Shown here piece by piece: positions 1 to 11,905 of a DNA stretch of 64,000 nucleotides. Location of the stretch: positions 41,664,001 through 41,728,000 of the forward strand of contig NW_025964112.1 in NCBI RefSeq assembly GCF_023055435.1. Reading direction: 5' to 3'. Position numbers and translations under genes: made by a program. The DNA comes from Haliotis rufescens (lineage: Eukaryota). Under the pieces are notes generated by a model. That model was not told where the DNA came from. It did not search any database and was given only the letters and a program-made list of their open reading frames with translations. Each line of letters opens with the position of its first letter. Within the stretch, counting starts at the first letter, position 1.

Positions 1-947
1 TTTTGATTAACATAAGATTTAAATCTACATGCTGTTAAGTTTCAATACATATACAAGAATATTCAATAATTGCGTCAAAAAATGATTCTGAATTTTGGGG
101 TTTTCTCTCGCATAAATTTCTTGACAGTTGTGAATACGTAAGTTTTATTGACAAGACAGTGATCACCATCAATGAATGCACTAGGAAGCTATACTAGCTA
201 TATCGAGGACAGCACTAAGAGGGAAGCAAATTTTTTGCAAAATAATCACCAGTGAAGAAATGTATATGGACAAACTTGTATGATCAATATAACACACATA
301 TAAACAAAAGACATCTAGTATCTCGTTGGCAAACTTCATCAAAGTCATTCAAGGGACATGAAATTCTCCATGCAAAGTAGACTTCAAAATTATGCACAAC
401 ATTTTTCAAATGGTCAAAAAATTCTATTCTTCAAAATGTATTAAAATATCCATTCCAATATTCTACTGACTACGCCCAACTTTACAGTTCTTAGAGGGTT
501 GTATATGTTACAGACAGCAAATTCTCTATATATTGTGCAACCATGTCAATGTATTCATATCAACATGACCCTGAATGACAAAGCATCCACAGCTGGTTAC
601 CATGGGTACCACATAATATCCATGGTTACCACATGGCGCCAATGGTCTTAGTCATAGCATGGACTGAAGCGTGCCTGGCATGTGGCAAAAAAAAAGACAA
701 ATTAGGATTGCCATCAACTGTAATAATCTTAGAATAATAAAACATTTGGATAAAATATGAATATATGTTTAGGAAAAGCAGTACCAACAGGGACTTGCTT
801 GTAGTGTCAAACAGGAATGGCGACATGAGTATTCCTGTTACCGCATTGTCTGCGTACCTATCATCCTAGACAAAGCTGAAGCAAACCGTAGGTGTTTGCA
901 GAGAGGACAAGATGCACAGTCTAAGAATAATCTGCTGTGCTGGTCGT

Positions 948-953
948 TTTATT
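948..953 (-). promoter_or_regulatory. Candidate polyadenylation signal AATAAA in the 3' UTR (a second one at 144-149)
   Basis: TTTATT on the + strand about 440 nt downstream of the stop codon. Hexamer match only. Confidence 0.4.
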
Positions 954-1394
954 TTAATGACTTTTAAAGACAAGTGTCAGAACTCTCAATAATTCCCAGA
1001 ATTCAAAGTTGATAAAGATTTTTGTAAATAAGTAGAAGAGCCTTTGAACACAGAGGACCAAATGTCACAAATTTACAAACCAATGACACATGCACCAACA
1101 GTATTATAACTTTAACTTTCTGAAATGCCCATTCATGTTGTGTTCAAATTTCAATGGAGCTGCTTCCAGCCACCTTGTCTAAGAGTCTGGTATCAGCGAT
1201 TGGCTAAGTTAACAAACTATTGTGTTAAGACTAAAATATTAAAACAATAACAGCTCCCTTGGCCACGTTTGCTCATGTGCGATTCCCCAGTGGCGAGAGG
1301 CGTACATGAGTGCAGGTCTGAGCCAAGGGTAATGTCTATCATCCCCAGTCTCACACTAAACAACAAGCACAAGGATGTGTACTGCTGGCCACAC

Positions 1395-1571
1395 CTAGTT
1401 AAGACGCTGAACGTAGTTGGAAGGCAACATTCCCCGCTTGTTTGTCCGTTCTACTGTGCCATACATCCAGCCGTCATCCACAGGTTCACAGTTGATGATT
1501 ACGTCGTTCTCCATAAAGCTCACCTCGTCCGTATCAGCTGCTGCGTAGTCGTACAATGCTTGAGAGACAAT
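1395..1571 (-). CDS. Lasp: Terminal exon, SH3 domain: [58 protein letters not shown]
   Basis: Acceptor CCCTTTCTTCAG, phase 0. ALYDY, GWMYGTV and GMLPSNYV are hallmarks of the LASP/nebulin SH3. TAG at 1397-1395. Confidence 0.97.
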   Translation of the reverse strand: MVSQALYDYAAADTDEVSFMENDVIINCEPVDDGWMYGTVERTNKRGMLPSNYVQRLN

Positions 1572-2077
1572 CTGAAGAAAGGGCAGTTGTTTTTAATGTA
1601 GGCAAGAATCAAAGTTTCTTAGGCATTAGTCATTCTCAGTTCAAGCTACAAACCAACCATACTTACATTGACTCAGTCTATTTCTGTTTTAAGTAGCACA
1701 CTTTGTTTCTGTTTTTATCTTTATTTACAATACAATGAGTGTTCAAGAATATATCTACATATGCATTATATGTTGAAGGCTTATTATAAGTGAGATTGGT
1801 TTTACCCAGCTTCAAGTTATTTCCAGCAATAACATGGTAGGGGACACCAGAAATGGAAGTTCACATGATTGTGCGAATTGAACTGGGTCTTCGGCATTAC
1901 AAGCGAATACTTTAACCACTACCGCAGCGCCCAGTCAGCTTGTAATGAGAATACATGGCCACACAGACAGTCACGATATGCAGGTAAACTTCAGATGACT
2001 TCGTGTTCATGTTTAGGCTCTGTGCCTCACGTACATCTAAAGTCAATGTTGATATACATGATGTACATGCTGTAAGG

Positions 2078-2361
2078 TTTGGTTTGTTGTTTAACGCCGC
2101 ACTCAGCAATATTCCAACTATATGATGGTGGTCTGTAAATAATCAAGTCTGGACCAGACAATCCAGTGATTGACATCATCAGCATCGATCCATGCAATTG
2201 GGATACGAGGACATGCATCAACCAAGTCAGCGAGCCGGACCACCCGATCCCATTAGTCGTCTCTTATGACAAGCATAGTCACCTTTTATGACAAGCATAG
2301 TCGCCTTTTACGGCAAGCTTGGGTTGCTGAAGACCTGTTCTACCCCGGATCTTCACGGGTC
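2078..2361 (-). mobile_element. Retroposon family B, full-length: non-tRNA structured head, (AAAC)n tail, 3' end shared with SINE A
   Basis: 13-bp TSD ACATGCTGTAAGG at 2065-2077 and 2362-2374. The 3' end GCTGGAATATTGCTGAGTGCGGCGTTAAAC resembles that of family A. Confidence 0.9.
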
Positions 2362-2580
2362 ACATGCTGTAAGGAGTTTAAACTGTAGAGGTTAGAAAGA
2401 TTGGCATGACAAACTATCAAAATGTCAATGGCCAACACAATTTTACACGTAAGCTAAGACAAATATGTCATACGTAATCGTAATACAGAATTGACAAGCA
2501 GGTTCTAAAGTAAAAAGGTTTTCTAAATTTTGTTCATATTGTGTTGCACTTTAGCATCATGTGTTGTGTCATAAACTTAC

Positions 2581-2609
2581 CCCTTTGTTCTGTTTCGCAG
2601 GTTGGGGAG
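2581..2609 (-). CDS. Lasp: 29-nt exon (A)PQPAKQNKG, converting phase 1 to phase 0 before the SH3 exon
   Basis: Acceptor TTTTTGTTCGTTGCAG and donor GGG|GTAAGT. It provides exactly the phase change needed. Confidence 0.85.
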
Positions 2610-2705
2610 CTGCAACGAACAAAAAGGAATTTAGGAAGGTGTTCAATGTAGAAGTAAGCAGATCTAGTGACTCACCTAGGAGCATGTTTTGCCAGGATTG
2701 GATAG

Positions 2706-2866
2706 AGTGAGTGAGTTGGGTTTTATGCTTCTTTTAGCAATATTCCAGCATTATCACAGCAAGGGACTCCTGAAATGGGCTTTACACATTGTACGCATGT
2801 GGAATTCGAACCCAGGCCTTCAACGTGATAAGCAAATGCTTTAACCACCAGGCCAGCCCATCACCA
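2706..2866 (-). mobile_element. Diverged SINE A. Other diverged or partial minus-strand copies are at about 1789-1931, 13373-13500, 39720-39845, 40380-40470, 46503-46668, 46738-46883, 54430-54582, 55288-55403, 56061-56146 and 58001-58160
   Basis: Shared blocks TTTTAGCAATATTCCAGC, GACACCAGAAATGGGCTTCACACATTGTAC and GAACCC...TTTAACCAC. Confidence 0.82.
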
Positions 2867-4489
2867 TCAGGTTTGACAGAAGTATACTCCAATAGATACA
2901 ACGAAAATCAACCTTCCACAACACAATGACGAGTCAAGAGGTTCAAGACAATTTTGTCTTTTGAATCAATTTGTTCAAAAAATATTTGCAGAGACATATA
3001 TACAAATTAAATGTGTATCAGGAGATACACTTTCAATATCACCTGTGGTTAACCTGAAAAGACAAAAGATCTGAGTTCCTACAGCTGAAGTAACTTGACT
3101 GCAACACTTACCTGCTCTCTACACACAGACAATGTCAGATCATTCAGAAGTTAGTAGCTGTCAATGTCAATATTTCATCTAACTCTAATCACACATCATG
3201 CAAAATGAAAATGGTTAATCAGAATAACAACTTTAAACATCACACTGAATGAATCTGTGATATCCGATATCTCGGAGATGACAATTGACCTGTGTTGGAT
3301 TGAAGCTCATGAGCCTCAAATGACGATTGGAACAACTGCTGGAGAAATTCATATCTGACTGTCCCACAGCAGTAAGCATGTACACCGGAATCTAACACAT
3401 GTCTATATTACATGTACTAGACCGACCTCTACTTACACTTACATTGACAAAGTGCCATTCACTTGGTATAATACACAATGAAACCAGAATACCCACATTG
3501 CAGAACATCCATCAGTGTTTAGCCTTCTCTTGGCCGTACACTGATATGTTCCTTGTCCTCACTGAGCAGTGTGACTTCCACACTACCCTAAGTTACCTGC
3601 CCTTTCTGTGTATCTCTTGAGGAAAGCCTGCAACCCTAAGCTCTTGAAGGCAACAGCGGGGCAGACACAACAGTGCATTGATGCACACATGGGTAGGTGA
3701 AAGTACAAAGCACACACTGAGCACAGGACACTAACACAACCAGCACCAAGGCTTTTTTCCTCACCTGTCAGAGAGGTATATCATTCACAGTGGTCACACT
3801 TATCCTCGAATATGTTTGGAATCTGAATGAATGTCCTTTAAACTGTCTTCTTGTGAGATCTCATACATCTCCTGAGGAACTGATAAAATCTATCTCCTCA
3901 CCTGTTCTGATGTCTCCAAGAAAGCATGAATAGATACTATGGAGCTCACTGCATTGTTCAAAAAGGTGCAAACACGGCATGGCTTGAAGCAGTCATATAA
4001 TCCTCACCAGTTCGCTTTTCTATGTATAACACAAACCTACCTGTGAAAGAGGGTTTATTGTAGGACATACCTTTGTTTCTTTAATGACATTACATGTACG
4101 GTATATATACAACACTTTCAACAACAAATGGCAGCAGTTTTTGTCAGGGGTTGCCTGCCTTAGATGTCTGCATGTTAAAAACTGTGCAAACACTGCATCG
4201 CTTGAAGCACTCATACAATCACTGACAGTACGCCATTATGCAAGGTTTGAAACTGATCACCTACCTTCACATACCTCGGTTCGTTTCAGGATATAGAAAC
4301 AAATTTCCTTTGATATATTTTTGTTTCTACTACAATATCCATCCAGTTCTGTCAGAGCAATAGCAGTTTTTATTTACCGATTTTCTTTACTGAGTAACAA
4401 ACTAAGTGCAAGAGCTCTACAATAAATGACCCCAAGCTCACACCAGTTGTGCAGAGATAGAGGTAGACAGAGTGGTGAAGACATCTTAC

Positions 4490-4549
4490 CTTCCTCATCC
4501 ACCTGGTACGTTGTTCTAAAGCCGGCGCCAACAGCACTAGGTTCCTCCA
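4490..4549 (-). CDS. Lasp: 60-nt linker exon VEEPSAVGAGFRTTYQVDEE(G)
   Basis: GTGTAG acceptor, AAG|GTAAGA donor, phase 1-1. Shares the GxGF[RQ]TTY motif with exons 6615 and 9249. Confidence 0.8.
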
Positions 4550-4610
4550 CTACACCAAACATCAACACAATAGCATGCAGTCAAACAGGCACAGCAGGGG
4601 GCACATTGTG

Positions 4611-4708
4611 CAATACTGTTTGTCTTGTAACAATACTGTTGTCTTGTAACAATGCTGTTTGTCTTGTAACAATACTGTTGTCTTGTAACAATGTTGTTTG
4701 TCTTGTAG
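4611..4708. repeat. 19/20-bp tandem repeat x5 (CAATACTGTTTGTCTTGTAA)
   Basis: Direct inspection. Confidence 0.9.
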
Positions 4709-5294
4709 CAGTTTCTTAAGGTTAAAGGATTTTAGGATTACGTTTATTTATTTGGCATTCTAAATATCTAAATCCTGAACAATTCATATTTCCTGATCTT
4801 TAACCACATACTCATGATCATAAAATCATTAATAATATTGCCACTGTATTCCAATTTAGATTCAAACAATGGGAATTCCTTTAGAGAAACATAAGTTTAA
4901 CAGTTTACATGTATATTACACAGGAATCTCAGCATCTTTAGATATTACATGGTGTTTAGTCGTGTACAGAAGCCAATAAACTACTCAAAAATAGTGTAAG
5001 AAGACCTTATTCTTTCAAATTACTATAGTTATGTTAAGGCATAACTAAAGTAATATGAAAGAATTGGGTGTTCTTCTTTTGAGTAGTTTATAAAGTAATA
5101 CTTAGGTTATAATACTACACAAGATTGCTGCTACATTTAGTTACTACTTACAGAGAAACTTAAACTATAACTAAAAAGCCACACATATTAGGTAGTTATA
5201 ATATTCTGGACTTAGTAATTTATACGAGGTAAAATAGAAATCAACACACGAGATCTTCAGTTAACTCCAACAAATATGTTTTCTGGAGACACTA

Positions 5295-6256
5295 CATTAC
5301 TTACAGCTAGCCAAAGTATCTGACTCTACATTAACCCCTTACTGCCCACTAGCCACAGATTCTGACTCTACATTAACCCCTTACTGCTAGCTAGCCACAG
5401 ATTCTGACTCTACATTAACCCCTTACAGCCAGCTAGCCAAAGTATCTGACTCTACATTAACCCCTTACTGCCAGCTAGCCAAAGTATCTGACTCTACATT
5501 AACCCCTTACTGCTAGCTAGCCACAGATTCTGACTCTACATTAACCCCTTACTGCCAGCTAGCCACAGATTCTGACTCTACATTAACCCCTTACTGCCAG
5601 CTTGCCACAGATTCTGATTCTACATTAAACCCTTACTGCCAGCTAGCCAAAGTATCTGACTCTACATTAACCCCTTACTGCCAGCTAGCCAAAGTATCTG
5701 ACTCTACATTAACCCCTTACTGCTAGCTAGCCACAGATTCTGACTCTACATTAACCCCTTACTGCTAGCTAGCCACAGATTCTGACTCTACATTAACCCT
5801 TTAGTGCATGCTAGCCACAGATTCCGACTCTACATTAACCCCTTACTGCTAGTTAGCCACAGATTCTGACTCTACATTAACCCTTTAGTGTATGCTAGCT
5901 ACAGATTCTGACTCTACATTAACCCTATACTGCCCACTAGCCAGAGTATCCAACTCAACATTTACCCTATACTGCTAGCTAACCAAAATTTCTGCCTCAA
6001 CATTAACCCTATACTGCTAGCTAGCCAGAGTTTCTTCCTCTACATTAACCCTATACTTCTAGCTAGCCAAAGTTTCTGACTCTACATTAACCCTATACTG
6101 CCAGGATGAGTTTCAGACTCTACTTTAACCCTATACTGCCAGGATGAGTTTCTGACTCTACATTAACCCTATACTGCCAGGATGAGTTTCTGACTCTACA
6201 TTAACCCTATACTGCCAGGATGAGTTTCTGACTCTACATTAACCCTATACTGCTAG
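5295..6256. repeat. Minisatellite: 42-bp unit (about 19 copies) grading into a 38-bp variant (about 4 copies)
   Basis: Unit TTACTGCYAGCTAGCCAMAGWWTCTGACTCTACATTAACCCC. Period 42 (5341 to 5383) and 38 (6097 to 6135). Confidence 0.95.
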
Positions 6257-6265
6257 GTTACATAC

Positions 6266-6340
6266 CAGGTGGAGGGGATGAGGAGGACAAACCCACAGTT
6301 GGACTGAAGCCTCTACTGGTATTGTCTTCTTCAACAAGAT
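6266..6340 (-). CDS. Lasp: 75-nt linker exon DLVEEDNTSRGFSPTVGLSSSSPPP(G)
   Basis: TATGCAG acceptor, CTG|GTATGT donor, open frame, phase 1-1. Confidence 0.65.
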
Positions 6341-6614
6341 CTGCATATAACAGTTATAGAAAAGTAATCTCCGACACTAGCACAAACTAAATGCAAAATG
6401 TTGAAACAAACGGACGAAATACAATTAGGAGTGTACTTTTGAAATTCTTACAACAAACTAGTGACCAACATGATAAATAATATAGAACCTTAGTTAAAAT
6501 AACTTCTTAACATAGCTATGATGGAAGTGGAATATATTGGTATTATACACTGTATACAGTTTATATCTCTTATGCATGTGTTACACTGTTGGAAGCTAGA
6601 GACCTGGGACGTAC

Positions 6615-6668
6615 CTGGTGTATCTACTGAGTATGTTGTTTGGAATCCCCCACCACTGATGTCTGCCT
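6615..6668 (-). CDS. Lasp: 54-nt linker exon EADISGGGFQTTYSVDTP(G)
   Basis: CAG|GTACGT donor. Acceptor is AAACAG, or an in-frame CAG 6 nt further in, after a pyrimidine tract. Carries the GGGFQTTY motif; phase 1-1. Confidence 0.72.
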
Positions 6669-6724
6669 CTGTTTCACACCCAATAGGAAGAAAATAGATC
6701 ACATGCGAGCCCTACTTGGTCATA

Positions 6725-7005
6725 TAGAACAACTACAGCAGAGATCCAATTAAAGAGGAGCTAGGCTCAGACATCACTTGACCATATGGAACTATAGCAG
6801 AGATCCAATTAAAGAGGAGCTAGGCTAAGACATCACTTGACCATATGGAACTATAGTAGAGATCCAATTAAAGAGGAGCTAGGCTAAGACATCACTTGAC
6901 CATATGGAACTATAGTAGAGATCCAATTAAAGAGGAGCTAGGCTAAGACATCACTTGACCATATGGAACTATAGTAGAGATCCAATTAAAGAGGCGCTAG
7001 GTTCA
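6725..7005. repeat. 59-bp tandem repeat, about 4.7 copies
   Basis: GAACTATAGTAGAGATCCAATTAAAGAGGAGCTAGGCTAAGACATCACTTGACCATATG repeated with period 59. Confidence 0.95.
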
Positions 7006-7787
7006 GAAGAAACATAAGCAAGTGAATGTTGTTTTATGCTACAGTCTGCCATATTCCAGCTCTACAGACCTGACATTATCAAGTCATGATTCGTGACATG
7101 AATAACCATCGAGGCCATCGGGGCACAGTGTCACACAATGAGCCAGGTCACACATTTACATTCGATCCTTCTTAGTGCACTCTTTCACCAATGATAGGGT
7201 ATGGGACCTACCCTGTAATTGTATCTCCTGCTGTGAAAGCAAATTTGTATCTAGAAGTGATATTTCACCTTGTTTAATTTTCCACAGACTGGTTACCCAA
7301 AATTACAAAAAGATAGCATTCCCATTCCACACTGGGTACAACCAGTGAACAAGTAAACATCTGTCTAGCCTAACACCTCTTTAACCAATGAAATACTCCT
7401 GTAATTTTTGTAAATAAAAAGATTCTTAGGTTTCTCTAAAAATATTGTTAGAAGCAATACACATTGATGTAATCTGATCAAAGAATTCCATATTTATTTT
7501 CACGAAGCATAATTTTCACCTCTTAAGATCTACCTCAAATAACAGTACATCCTTTGCAAACTGACAACTCTTAAAACTTTGATTCAACAATATAAACAAA
7601 CTAACAGAATGAAGATCAAAGAGAATAAAAATAACATAAAAAAAGAATATTATATAAAACCCATAGCCTCCGATTCATTGCCATTCCAAAGATCAACTGT
7701 GCACTTAACGTAACCATGTTAAAATTTAGGTAAATAACGAAAGTAGAAACGAGGTAAAGGAGATGCTACTGAGATGGACTAACGTAC

Positions 7788-7847
7788 CGTGTGATTGTGG
7801 CGTGTAGGGAATAGACTGGCTGCTGACTCGCGTGTCCTCCGGGGAAC
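7788..7847 (-). CDS. Lasp: 60-nt linker exon GSPEDTRVSSQSIPYTPQSH(G)
   Basis: ACG|GTACGT donor and weak GACAAG acceptor. GC-rich island, open frame, phase 1-1. Confidence 0.58.
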
Positions 7848-9107
7848 CTTGTCAACCATAGTTGGAGAATAAACAGCATGCATTCCTTCTACTTCAACAT
7901 CTTCACATAAACTCAGGCGTCTCACTTAGTCAACAATACAACAGCTACAGGATGAAAACTAGCTGTTGCAGCCATTTTGTCCTTTTGATGACAAACCAAA
8001 TAAGGTCAAAACTGTCGAAGGCAACACTATTGCAGCTTGTGACATACTATTGATACTTATTTTAGGCCTTACATTTTATATTGTTGGTTTATGAAGACAC
8101 TGACAGACAAAAAATGACAAAAATTAAAAGAAATAAATTACTAGTGACCAAAAAATTAAGCCGACTCAGTTTTACTATAAGGTGAATGAAAAGAATACGA
8201 GATTTCAGTACTGTGTTCGTACGAAATGGTGAATAATATGTATAAAGGTATTTATTCTAACAAAACACTTTCTTTCTACATCTTGCAATGTTAAAACTTG
8301 TTTGTTTTCATTTATTAGCAGCAGTACTTATCTGAAAGTTCAATATGATTTTAAACAATTCGACCAATTACATTGTTTTTTGGCCAAAAGTTTGGGAGTT
8401 AGTAGGAGCTACCATCCTAGCCACTGGGGTGTGATGACACACCAGGTCAGCCAGGTCAACAAAACAATCTCCCACCTCAGTAATGCCCATACTGAACAGC
8501 CATTGTGGCCACTGAATCCCATCAATGCATCTTAAAATAGTCATGAATCAGCAAGACATGTCATTCTTGGTCTTTTTATATCAGTGCAAAAATTAGATTG
8601 TTTAATTTTGTAATTATTTTTACACACATTCTTCTATGGTTGATGCCAAATTATTGATAAAGCTGTTATTGTTGTTATAACATTATCATGTTTTCAAGAA
8701 AAACAGTACTGCATGTTCTTTATCAACAAATGCATAACCATGTGGAGAGCCAAGATGGGCTCGATAAAGCTCTGGTTGCCAACAGAAAATTAGCGTTTCA
8801 GGGACAAGCAGAGAGATTCATTGATTTCGGAGATAGGAAGGGCAGTCTTAAGGGAAGAATAAATTATAAAACATGCTGTAAAATATATAATATGTGTCTT
8901 CGGAAACAAATTGATTGTTTTGGAAAAAAGGGAAAGGTAACAGGATTGGAAAAAATACTTACACTGAAATAAAAGGGTAAGGGAGAAGGGGGATGGTCAG
9001 TTCTGGGCCATGACAATAGGGGAGGGCAGATAAGGATGTCTGGTATAGAGTCTCACAAAGGAAGGTGCTTCAAGTTGTTACTTATTGCAGAGTGTGCAAG
9101 ACTTTAA

Positions 9108-9232
9108 TATGGGAGCATGACTTCTTACAGTAAGCTAGCCTGTAAGATGGGAGCATGACGTCTTGCAATGTGTGCTAGCCTTTACATGGGATCATGACTC
9201 CTTGCAATGTGTGCTAGCCTTTACATGGGATT
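9108..9232. repeat. About 39-bp tandem repeat x3
   Basis: ATGGGA.CATGAC...GCTAGCCT units. Confidence 0.85.
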
Positions 9233-9248
9233 GATGCGATTTGCCTAC

Positions 9249-9326
9249 CCTGAGGAGAACTCGGAATATCTGTCGGATAGGTTGTCCTAAACCCTCCGCC
9301 AACAACCTCGGGGGCCTGAGGTTCTT
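9249..9326 (-). CDS. Lasp: 78-nt linker exon EEPQAPEVVGGGFRTTYPTDIPSSPQ(G)
   Basis: TTTTTCTGTAG acceptor, AGG|GTAGGC donor, phase 1-1, GGGFRTTY motif. Confidence 0.82.
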
Positions 9327-9764
9327 CTACAGAAAAACAAACATGACCTGTATGCTGACAATTCTCACTCATAGTCAGGGCACGGCACTTGTTTTTAACA
9401 GATACAATAATGTAGTGTATTACTCCTATAACAATCTATAGCTACCAAGTGTTAACCTTGATACATTAATAATTATATCTGTTTCTTTGTAGAATTTCAA
9501 CTAAATATAATTCATTCATGTTAAGAGAGTTTACTTTTTTTAAGTTTTAACACAATATTTTCATTGAGATATTGGAAATATGACTGGATTTTTTTTACAA
9601 ATTCTAAAACTTAACCTTCCTGGAGTTTAAAAATTACTAAAACAAATACAAAGCAAAGACCAATGAGCTTCAATATACATGACCATAAATTTATTAACTC
9701 TGGTCATTTGCACTTTCTTCAATTTAGAAGCAACACACTGTCTTGTGTATACTACTTGACCTAC

Positions 9765-9833
9765 CCTGAGTTTGGTCACTATAAGGTTCGGGGACAGGCT
9801 CTTCCTCCTTGACATCAGGTGTGTCTTCCACAA
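9765..9833 (-). CDS. Lasp: 69-nt candidate linker exon VVEDTPDVKEEEPVPEPYSDQTQ(G)
   Basis: AGG|GTAGGT donor and weak GGGTAG acceptor. Open frame, phase 1-1, acidic/Pro composition like the neighbouring exons. Confidence 0.55.
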
Positions 9834-10098
9834 CTACCCACATGACGTAATGAGTGAGAAACACATGCAACTCATGCAGTTATGAGACATAACTATGAAA
9901 ATAATCCAACAGTATGAGATGGGGGGTCATACGACCCTGCCTCACCACCGGGTGACGAGGAGCAAAATGGTGACAGCATAATAATGTGAAGGAACATCTT
10001 CAGATAGAAACATAAAAGTTACCATCCTCGTTAAAAATTCAACCAAGCTGAAAAGGCTTCAGTTGGTTTAGTTGTCACTCCATGAGCAGCTTACAGTG

Positions 10099-10445
10099 AT
10101 GAGTGAGTGAGTGATCTTAAGCCACTTTTAGCAATATTCTAGCCAAATCAGGATGGGAGGGGGGACACTAGAAATGGCCTTCACACATTGTACCCATAAT
10201 GGGATTTGAACCTTTCGCTTGATAAGTGAACACTTTAACCACTAGGCTACCCCACTGCCCTTCACAGCAATGAGTGAGTGAGTGAGTGAGTGAGTGAGTG
10301 AGTGAGGTTTTACTCCGCTTTTAGCAATATTCCAGCAGTATCATAGTGGCAGACCCCAGAAGTGGCCTTGAAACATTGTACACATGGGAAATCAAACCCA
10401 GGCCTTCGTCATGACAAGTAAACACTTTAACCACTAGGCTATGCA
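10099..10445 (-). mobile_element. Two tandem diverged SINE A copies
   Basis: Two (GAGT)n...TTTTAGCAATATTC...TTTAACCACTAGGCTA units. Confidence 0.85.
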
Positions 10446-11164
10446 CTGTGAGTGAGTTCAGTAATCTCACTGTATGTACATTTAATGTGGGATCAGAGAG
10501 AAATTAGTATTCAAACCCTGATCATGTGGCCTCTGAGAAATGCAGCACCTCTCACCACTTGGCCACCTGTGCCCCCCACCACAATCCCTCAAATGAGCTG
10601 AATTTTCACAAAGTCTTGTTTTCTGTCATGGCATGCTTTTCAAATCATCAAATTAAATTAACTTCAATAGAAAAATGCAATGGCTTTTAACCTCTAAACC
10701 AAATGAACTAAAACATTTTCAGCTTAAATGTAAATACTTTATCATCATTTACAGTTATCAAGAGCAAGATAATAGGCAAAATGTGCTTAACAGTGCCTCA
10801 AAACACATTACTTTTGTATTCTCAAGTTCCTGTATCAAATCACATCAACTGTGCATAAGCATGGCTTCATAGATAACAGTTAATTCCCTTCACATTTCCT
10901 TGATACAAGTGGGGAGTTTGACATTTATTATATCGGAATAAGTCTTGCCTATCACTTGATTTTCACAGTGGATTAATGCAGTTATGGTGACTGAACTTAA
11001 ATGTGGTATGAGATGAAATGACTGTTTCAAGCAAACATGTTAATTTAACATCTCCCAACAAACACAGAGTAACCACCACATAACCAAACTGTGTAGCAAC
11101 AAGCATTCCTGTGTCTGTCAGAACTAGATGGAGGAATGATATTCTTCTGGGGTCCACTGATGAT

Positions 11165-11905
11165 GTGGGTGGGTGGGGAAGGTGTGTATTGACAGGTTGG
11201 TGGGGCAGGTGTGTATTGACAGGTGGGGAAGGTGTGTATTGATGGGTGGGAGGGGAAGGTGTGTATTGATGGGTGGGAGGGGCAGGTGTGTATTGGTTGG
11301 TGGTGGGGTAGGTGTGTATTGACAGGTGGGTGGAACAGGTGTGTATTGACAGGTGGATGGGGCAGGTGTGTATTTACAGGTGGGTGGAGCAGGTGTGTAT
11401 TGACAGGTTGTTGGGGCAGGTGTGTATTGACAGGTGTTTGGGGCAGGTGTGTATTGACAGGTGGGTGGGGCAGGTGTGTATTGACAGGTGGGTTTGGGCA
11501 GGTGTGTATTTACAGGTTGGTGGGGCAGGTGTGTATTGGTAGGTTGGTGGGGCAGGTGTGTATTGACAGGTGGGTGGGGCAGGTGTGTATTGACAGGTGG
11601 GTGGGGCAGGTGTGTATTGACAGGTGGGTGGGACAGGTGTGTATTGGTAGGTTGGTGGGGCATGTTGTATAGGTTTGTGGATGGGGTAGGTGTGTATTGA
11701 CAGGTGGGTGGGACAGGTGTGTATTGACAGGCGGATGGGTCAGGTGTGTATTGACTGGTTATTCCGGCAGGTGTGTATTGGTTGATGGGTGGGGCAGGTG
11801 TATTGGTTCGTGGGTGGGGCAGGTGTGTATTGGTTGATGGGTGGGACAGGTGTATTGGTTGGTGGGTGGGACAGGTGTGTATTGGTTGATGCATGGGGCA
11901 GGTGT
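11165..11905. repeat. G-rich 27-bp minisatellite, about 27 copies (CAGGTGTGTATTGACAGGTGGGTGGGG)
   Basis: Direct inspection. It explains the overlapping repetitive ORFs in the track. Confidence 0.95.

Noticed and set aside
1269-1601. 110-aa plus-strand ORF
   Set aside because: It is antisense to the SH3 exon, which explains the region.
4008-4040. Frame-compatible 33-nt microexon GRFVLYIEKRT (and a 9-nt candidate at 17879-17887)
   Set aside because: Only splice-site-like matches support them. The peptide is unlike the linker, and such matches are expected by chance.
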